Origin: Candidatus Promineifilum breve
Lineage (GTDB): Bacteria > Chloroflexota > Anaerolineae > Promineifilales > Promineifilaceae
Direction of reading: 5' to 3'
Length of the DNA stretch: 32,000 nt
NCBI RefSeq assembly: GCF_900066015.1
Contig: NZ_LN890655.1
Coordinates: 1,062,726-1,094,725, forward strand
Part shown: piece by piece, positions 26,119 to 32,000 of the stretch
Numbering within the stretch: position 1 is the first letter of the stretch
How the letters are laid out: each line of letters begins with the position of its first letter
Notes under the pieces: generated by a model
What the model saw: only the letters and a program-made list of their open reading frames with translations
Databases searched by the model: none
Told to the model about the DNA's origin: nothing
Translations under genes and position numbers: made by a program

Positions 26119-27237
26119 TTAGTAGCGCAGGATCGCGCCGATGCGTCCGGCGTCTTCCAGGGCGGGGTTCTCGGCGATGACTTCGACGTGGCCGCCCTGG
26201 GCCACTGTCTGGGCCACGGCCGTTTCCACCACGTCGGCCGCCTCACTCAGTTCAGCCTCGGCCAGCGGGCTGAGGGCCATATTCGCCACCACATAGCCCG
26301 ACGCCTCCTGGACATAACCCGGCGTCCGGTAGCCGTCGCTGATGATCAGCGTCTCGACGCGCTTGTCGGAGATGGCCTGAAGCGTGTCGTCCAGCCCGAC
26401 GACGGCGTTGGCCCCGCGCGCGTTGAGCGTCACCAGCTTTTCGACCAGTTTGGCCTCGCGCTCAGCATTCACCTCGCGCAGCAGGTTCAGGGCGCGCTGG
26501 CGCACCTCGGCCTCGCCGGCCTCGATGTCCATGGGGAATGACCCGGCCAGGCAACTCTGCAACTGTTTGGGCAACATCTCGCGGAATTGGGCCACGGTTT
26601 CGCTGGTGCCGCCCAGGAACAGGCGGCGGATGGGCCGCTCGGCGAAGAACTGGTTGGCCGCGGCGGCGCAGTCACGCATGTTGCGCGCCGCCACTTCGTC
26701 TTCGTGCTTGCCGCCGCCGGGGCCGCTGATGCCCGCCCCGCCGCGCCGGCCCACGGCCGACGACCCGGCCCCATCCTTCAACCGGCGCACTTCCTCGCCG
26801 GTGCAAACCTCCGTGGCCTGCAATTCGCCCAGATGATAGGCATAGAAACGGCTGCTCACCCGGTCGATGACGATCACGCCGAAGTGGGCATAATGATCCA
26901 GTAGATGGGTTAGAGGTTTAACGTAGGGCCGGGCGCTCAGACGCACCCGATTGCGAAACGCCACGGGCGATTGGTAGGCCCGAAAGAACGCGCCGCCCCG
27001 GCCGCAAAACAGGGCCAGGCCGGGCTTGGTCCAATCGTAGCTATGGTCCAGGTAGCGCTCGATGGTTTGGGCCTCCTTCTCGTGCTGTGGTTGCACTTCC
27101 TTCAGGAGACCCCTGGCGGTCAACTTGATTGCCTCCACGGACTGCCGCGTGCTATCGGTGTCCAGATAGACGCTGACGACGCCTTCGCCGTTGCCCTCAT
27201 ACGTAACCAGCTCTTGCATGTGCTCCTGGCTAAACAT
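26119..27237 (-). CDS. bacterial eRF1/Pelota-like protein (baeRF/VLRF1-type)
   Basis: 372 aa with AGGAGG SD. The C-terminal domain (AVVGLDDTLQAISDKRVETLIISDG...GRIGAILRY*) mirrors eRF1/Pelota domain 3 (GGIGxILRY). The central domain (FGVIVIDRVSSRFYAY) carries a Gly-rich loop, GRRGGAGISGPGGGK, where eRF1 has GRGGQS. Confidence 0.75.
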   Translation of the reverse strand: MFSQEHMQELVTYEGNGEGVVSVYLDTDSTRQSVEAIKLTARGLLKEVQPQHEKEAQTIERYLDHSYDWTKPGLALFCGRGGAFFRAYQSPVAFRNRVRLSARPYVKPLTHLLDHYAHFGVIVIDRVSSRFYAYHLGELQATEVCTGEEVRRLKDGAGSSAVGRRGGAGISGPGGGKHEDEVAARNMRDCAAAANQFFAERPIRRLFLGGTSETVAQFREMLPKQLQSCLAGSFPMDIEAGEAEVRQRALNLLREVNAEREAKLVEKLVTLNARGANAVVGLDDTLQAISDKRVETLIISDGYRTPGYVQEASGYVVANMALSPLAEAELSEAADVVETAVAQTVAQGGHVEVIAENPALEDAGRIGAILRY

Positions 27238-27322
27238 AAAAACCTCCTACCTGCACTATTAGCAAAATGCCGGACAGCCAATCGGCCGCCGGTGCGGGAT
27301 AGATTGCGCCTCCGGGCCGGCC

Positions 27323-28516
27323 CTAGGGCCGCTCGCCCAACGTCAGAGGCACTTCAATTTGCTCGCCGTCACGAATGACGGTCAGGGAAATCGTTTGGCC
27401 GACCACGGCATCGAATACGAGAAAGGCGATCAGGTCATCCGGCTCGGACATGGGCCGGCCGTCGACGGCGATAATGAAATCGCCGCCGGGCAGGGTGCCG
27501 AGGGTGTCATTGCGGCCGCTGGCCCGCAAGCCGGCCACCTCGGCCGGGCTGCCGGGTGTCGTGTCGGTGATGTAGATGCCGTTGGCCTGGGGTAAGCCTA
27601 ATTCCTGTTGGGCGGCCAGATCGATGCTCGTCATACTCACGCCGATGTAGGGGTAGTGATAGACCCCCTCGGCGATGAGCGCCGGGGCCACGCGATGGAC
27701 GGCGTTGACCGGGATCGAGAAGCCGACGCCGGAATTCGTGCCCGTGCTGGTGCTGATGGCGCTGTTGACGCCGATGACCTCGCCGGCCAGATTCAGCAGC
27801 GGCCCGCCGGAATTGCCGGGGTTGATGGCCGCGTCGGTCTGGATGACCTGCGGCAGCGAATAGCGCCCGCCCCCCTCGGCGATGCGGTCGGACGTCAGCG
27901 AGCGGCCCAGACCGCTGATAATGCCCAGCGACAGCGACCCCGTCTCGTCGAACGGGTTGCCGATGGCGACGGCGAACTGGCCGACCTGCACCCTGTTTGA
28001 GTCGCCCAGCGTCAGGGGCTGCACGCCGTCGGGCAGCGACTCGACGCGGATGACGGCCAGATCGCTATCGACATCGCTGCCGACGACCTCGGCCGCGCGG
28101 CGCTGGCCGTCGGCGAAGACCACCTCCAGCCCGCCCGAGCCCGTCACCACGTGGTTATTGGTCACGATATGGCCGCCGGCGTCGTAGACAAAGCCGCTGC
28201 CCGACCCGGCGGTGAAGCCCTGATCGTCGAGCACGAAGATGTGGACAACGGACGGGTTGACCCGCTCGTAGAGGGCGATCAGCGTCGCCTCCATGTCGGT
28301 GCTGACCGGCACGACGGCCACGCCGGAGCCATTGCCGGTTGTTTCCGGCAGTTGGGCCATGACCGTGGCGACGGCCTGATCGACCAACGCCTGTTGCGCG
28401 GCGGGGGCGACAGGCGTACTTTGCGGTTGGCCGAGGGAAACGGCCTGACAGGCCAGAGCGAATAACGCGAGAAGGACAAAGAACACGAGGAGGGGCGAAC
28501 GGTGGAAGCGATACAT
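27323..28516 (-). CDS. HtrA/DegP-family (S1C) serine protease with C-terminal PDZ domain
   Basis: Signal/TM MYRFHRSPLLVFFVLLALFALA. Catalytic regions TNNHVV, SDLAVI and GNSGGPL. PDZ-like tail (GSPAEVAGL...GDFIIAVDG). ATG 28516 is preferred; ATG 28549 is possible. Confidence 0.92.
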   Translation of the reverse strand: MYRFHRSPLLVFFVLLALFALACQAVSLGQPQSTPVAPAAQQALVDQAVATVMAQLPETTGNGSGVAVVPVSTDMEATLIALYERVNPSVVHIFVLDDQGFTAGSGSGFVYDAGGHIVTNNHVVTGSGGLEVVFADGQRRAAEVVGSDVDSDLAVIRVESLPDGVQPLTLGDSNRVQVGQFAVAIGNPFDETGSLSLGIISGLGRSLTSDRIAEGGGRYSLPQVIQTDAAINPGNSGGPLLNLAGEVIGVNSAISTSTGTNSGVGFSIPVNAVHRVAPALIAEGVYHYPYIGVSMTSIDLAAQQELGLPQANGIYITDTTPGSPAEVAGLRASGRNDTLGTLPGGDFIIAVDGRPMSEPDDLIAFLVFDAVVGQTISLTVIRDGEQIEVPLTLGERP

Positions 28517-28672
28517 TGGTAACTTTTGCGCTTGGAGACGAACGTGCATCTCGACGGATAATGCCTATTCTAATGAGGCCATTGCCCAATCGTCAAGTGA
28601 CAGAGATCATAACTTAGCCGACTATCACCCATTTGCTAAGGGTTGGCGACGGGCCGGCGGCTCTATGCAAAC

Positions 28673-28707
28673 GGCGCGACGCATCCCCGCCGGGGATACG
28701 CCGCGCC
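28673..28707 (-). terminator. 17-bp hairpin downstream of the PPi-type PFK gene
   Basis: GGCGCGACGCATCCCCG-C-CGGGGATACGCCGCGCC. Its two mismatches are A:C on plus but G:U on the minus (PFK-sense) transcript. The U-tract is weak (GUUUGCAU). Confidence 0.4.
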
Positions 28708-28736
28708 ATCATAACTTGTCTACCTGCCGGCAGTGA

Positions 28737-29903
28737 TCAATACAAGAACATCGGCTTGCCCAAAACGTGGCGCACCTTGGGCCGGTAGTTCTGCGCGTCG
28801 TACAGTTCATCGACGTCAACGCGCTTCAGGCCACTGGTGACCATGCTCATCGCCACGTGGGTATAGGAGCCGTCGCGCAGGGCCACCATACGCCCGCTGG
28901 AACCGCTGACGATGAGATCGACCGCCAGATGGGCATAGTTCGTGCCGACCATCAGGTCGAGCGCGTCCGGCGCGCCGGAGCGCATCAGATAGGCGATCTT
29001 CTGGGTGATGATGTTCTCGCCGGTCAGTTTCTTCAGCGCCTCGCCGGTGATGTCGCCGATGCCGCCCAGCTTCCGGTGGCCGTAGGCATCGGTCTCGCCG
29101 TACTCCACGACCATGCCGCCGACCATGTGGGCGCCCTCGCTGACGGTGACCATCGCATAATTGCTGGGGTTGGTCTTTTTGTCCTTCATCACCAACGCGG
29201 CCAAACGCTCCGGGTCGAACGGTACTTCGGAGATCAAGGCGCGGTCGACGCCGGCCAGGTAGGAGCTGATCAGGCTGGTCTCGCCGGAGTTGCGGCCAAA
29301 CAGCTCGATGACGGCGATGCGCTCGTGGGAGCCGGCGCTGGTGCGCAACTGGTGGATGAACTGGACGCTGCGGGTGACGGCCGTACTGAAGCCGATGCAG
29401 TAGTCCGTGCCATAGACGTCGTTGTCCATCGTCTTGGGGATAGCCACCACCGGGAAGCCCTCGCGATGGAGCCGCTCGCCGTAGCTGAGCGTATCGTCGC
29501 CGCCGATGGGGATGAGGCGGTCGATTTTCAGGTGCTCCAGATTTTTGAGCACGTGGGGCGTAAAGTCGCGGGGCGTGCTATCGGCCGCTTCGGCTTCAGG
29601 GTGTTCCGGGTCTTTCAGGAAGTCGGGCACGGCGCCGGGCTTCACTTTGCTGGGGTTGGTGCGGCTGGTATGGAGGATCGTGCCGCCGGTACGGTCGATG
29701 GTGCGCACCGCGGCATTGTCCAGCGGCAGGATATATCTGTCTATGGTCGCCGGATCGTCGCGGTCAACCAGAAGCAGACCGCCCCAGCCGCGACGGATGC
29801 CTACCACTTCGTGGCCCGCGTCAACGGCGCGATTGACCACCGATTTGATACAGGGATTCAGGCCGGGCACGTCGCCGCCGCCTGTCAAAATACCGATTCT
29901 CAT
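28737..29903 (-). CDS. 6-phosphofructokinase, PfkA family, with PPi-type signature residues
   Basis: Start set at ATG 29903 ([16 protein letters not shown]), with GGAG about 10 nt upstream. GGDDT (Asp at E. coli position 104) and PKTMDND (Lys at position 124) are the residues associated with PPi rather than ATP use. Confidence 0.88.
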   Translation of the reverse strand: MRIGILTGGGDVPGLNPCIKSVVNRAVDAGHEVVGIRRGWGGLLLVDRDDPATIDRYILPLDNAAVRTIDRTGGTILHTSRTNPSKVKPGAVPDFLKDPEHPEAEAADSTPRDFTPHVLKNLEHLKIDRLIPIGGDDTLSYGERLHREGFPVVAIPKTMDNDVYGTDYCIGFSTAVTRSVQFIHQLRTSAGSHERIAVIELFGRNSGETSLISSYLAGVDRALISEVPFDPERLAALVMKDKKTNPSNYAMVTVSEGAHMVGGMVVEYGETDAYGHRKLGGIGDITGEALKKLTGENIITQKIAYLMRSGAPDALDLMVGTNYAHLAVDLIVSGSSGRMVALRDGSYTHVAMSMVTSGLKRVDVDELYDAQNYRPKVRHVLGKPMFLY

Positions 29904-29950
29904 GATACTCAATCTCCTACATAAGATAGAACAAAATGGATTGTTACAAA

Positions 29951-30025
29951 TGGTTCGTAGGCAGCAACTTTAGTTGCGTTCTTCGCAATTGGTTCGTAGT
30001 CAGCAACTTTAGTTGCGTTCTTCGC
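29951..30025. repeat. two tandem copies of a 36-nt unit (39-nt period), each with a GCAAC-TTTA-GTTGC hairpin
   Basis: TGGTTCGTAGGCAGCAACTTTAGTTGCGTTCTTCGC (29951-29986) and TGGTTCGTAGTCAGCAACTTTAGTTGCGTTCTTCGC (29990-30025), with one mismatch. Confidence 0.95.
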
Positions 30026-30035
30026 CACGACTCCT

Positions 30036-30059
30036 AGCGCTTGACGGCGCTAAAGCGCC
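30036..30059. other. two overlapping, mutually exclusive short hairpins
   Basis: AGCGC-TTGACG-GCGCT (30036-30051) and GGCGC-TAAA-GCGCC (30046-30059) share the central GCGC. Confidence 0.7.
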
Positions 30060-30081
30060 TAACTACAAACGGCGAGTAGCC

Positions 30082-32000
30082 CTACCCGCGATGCCCCTCG
30101 CCATGCACAATCGGCCCCTGAGAGGCCAAGCTGCGGGCAATCGGCCGCAGATCCATCCACCACTGTTTGCGCGGCCGGCTATGGTCGTAATCCATCTGCC
30201 GCGGCGCTTCGTCCAGATTGGTGAATTTTAATTCGCCCTGCACCTGGCCGATACACACGCCGGCCGATTCCTGGCGGGCGATCTGCTCCTCCAGATAATC
30301 GACACAATTCACGGCCAGACGGGTGGCGAAGATGCGGTCGAAGGGGGACGGCGCGCCGCCCTGTTGCATGTGGCCCAGGATGGCCTGGCGCACGTCGAAC
30401 AGGTCGCCGCCCTCTTCTTCGAAGAGCATCCGCATGAAGTTGGTGGTGTAGACCTCATTCGCCATCTCATTGCGGATGACGAGACCCAGCCGCTTGCCGT
30501 GCTGGAAGGCGTGGCGGAAATCCTCCACGTCCTGCACCAGATGGCGCATGGCGACGCCTTCTTCGTGCAGATAGACCCGCTCGGCCCCCGTCGCCAGCGC
30601 CCCCATCAGGGCCAGATAGCCGCAGTAGTAGCCCATCACCTCGACGATGAACGCCCGCTGCGAGGCCACGGCCGAATTCTTGATCTTGTCCACGGCCGAG
30701 ATGATGCTGTTGAGCGCCGTATCGGCCCCCACGCTCAACTCGGTGCCCAGCAGGTTGTTGTTGATCGTCGCCGGCAAACAAACCATCGGGATATCGAAGG
30801 CCGGGTAATTGTTGCGTTGGCTGGACAACTCCAGGACCGATTGATAGCCCGACCAACCGCCGATCATCAGAATGCCGTCGATCTGGTGTTCCTCCAGCGT
30901 GCGGGCAATGGCGTACAGGTCGCGCCCCTTGGGTATGGTGCGGTTGGTACCCAGTTCGGAGCCGCCGCGCGTGGCCCAGCCGTTGACGTCCATCCAGTTC
31001 AGTTCGGCGATCTCGTTATTGATCAGGCCCCGGAAGGCGTTGCGGACACCCAGAATGATGTGGCCGCGGTCGATGCCGATACGGACGGCGGCGCGGGCGG
31101 CAGTGTTCATACCCGGCGCCGGGCCGCCACCGTGGAGAATCGCCAGCCGCAAGCGGCGCTGATCGGGCGCGGGCGGATGGGGCGAGGCGCGGACGAGCGT
31201 GCGCACAATGTCGAACGAGCGGCTGAACGAATTGCCGCGTAGCGCCAGCGCCTCCTCAAAGTTCTTGGCGGCCACGGCATCGGCCACAGCCCGGGTCTTT
31301 TCCAGGGCGACGTTGAGCGGCGTGCGGGTTATCTTGTTACCCTGCATACCGATGACCAGCGGCTGGCCGGCGGGGTCCATGGTGGTGATGGCTTCGACCG
31401 CCTCGGCCCCCAGCAGCGTGCTCAGATTGCGGTCGAAGGCGCTGGGCGAGCCACCGCGCTGGACGTGGCCCAGCACCGTGATGCGGGTGTCCTCGCCCAG
31501 CCTCTCTTCCAGCGCCTTTTTGACGTGCTCGCTAGTGATGGGTTTGCCGTTTTTGTCGCGCGCGCCCTCGGCCACGATGACCATGCTGTCGCGGCGGCCC
31601 ATCTGGCGGCCCTTCTTCAGGGCCTCGCACATCTTCGATTCCCAATCTTCCACGTCGGGCGGCGACTCAGGGATCAGCACCCAGTCCGCGCCGGAGGCCA
31701 TGGCGCTCATCAGGGCCAGATAGCCACAATGGCGGCCCATCACCTCGACGACAAAGCTGCGCTGGTGGCTGGCGGCGGTGCTGGAGATGGCGTCGGTAGC
31801 CTCGATAATCCGGTGCAGGGCCGTGTCCGCGCCGGTGGTGATGTCGCTGCCGAACATATCGTTGTCGATGGAGCCGATGATGCCGACGACGGCCAGCGAT
31901 TTGCTGCGGCCGGCGCTTTTCTTGCTGACCTGGCCGGAGTCGACCAGTTCCTGCACCAGCCCTTCCCACTCGCGGCGCAACACGTCCGCGCCGCTCAGGC
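30082..32000 (-). CDS. eukaryote-type tandem-duplicated 6-phosphofructokinase (N-terminus lies beyond the window)
   Basis: The frame stays open to base 32000. N-half: [10 protein letters not shown] and [10 protein letters not shown]. C-half: [38 protein letters not shown] and the tail [17 protein letters not shown]. By eye these track the animal PFK-1 regulatory half ([44 protein letters not shown]). Confidence 0.92.
   Translation of the reverse strand, partial: [638 protein letters not shown]

Overview
High-GC (roughly two-thirds G+C by eye), densely coding bacterial chromosomal segment. I support 32 protein-coding genes (two cut by the window edges), one tRNA-Ser(CGA) and one decayed sigma/anti-sigma remnant. 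I saw no rRNA, CRISPR array, transposase or integrase. Gene content is mostly core metabolism and housekeeping. In order: transaldolase, a SAM methyltransferase, endonuclease III, an SDR, and paaABCD (phenylacetyl-CoA epoxidase; PaaB is a tandem fusion and there is no paaE). Then a small AT-richer islet carrying a DUF6883-like/DUF4926-like gene pair, a crotonase, a channel-like membrane protein and rlmH. A minus-strand string follows: HemN-like radical SAM, stand-alone B12-binding domain, SEC-C protein, aroA (class II motifs), rsmI. Next come a membrane-anchored penicillin/AHL-acylase-family Ntn hydrolase, DUF4230, and a translationally coupled DUF503 / GldG-like / ABC ATPase / ABC-2 permease / Ala-rich membrane protein operon. 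The window ends with a UDG-superfamily gene, a bacterial eRF1/Pelota-like (baeRF-type) gene, HtrA, and a PPi-signature PFK next to a eukaryote-type duplicated PFK. I do not recognise any canonical defence or mobile system. The best candidates for something under-described are: (1) the eRF1-like protein with a GGA instead of GGQ loop, next to the UDG-like gene; (2) the DUF6883/DUF4926 two-gene module in the islet; (3) the five-gene ABC operon; (4) the HemN-like rSAM plus free cobalamin-binding domain pair; (5) a family of short tandem-repeat and palindromic elements that fills most of the longer intergenic spacers, overlaps gene ends and brackets the acylase gene. Several hairpin mismatches resolve to G:U only on the transcribed strand. 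Taxon is probably a high-GC, Chloroflexota-like bacterium, but that cannot be established from this window. All homology calls are from reading the translations by eye, with no searches run.
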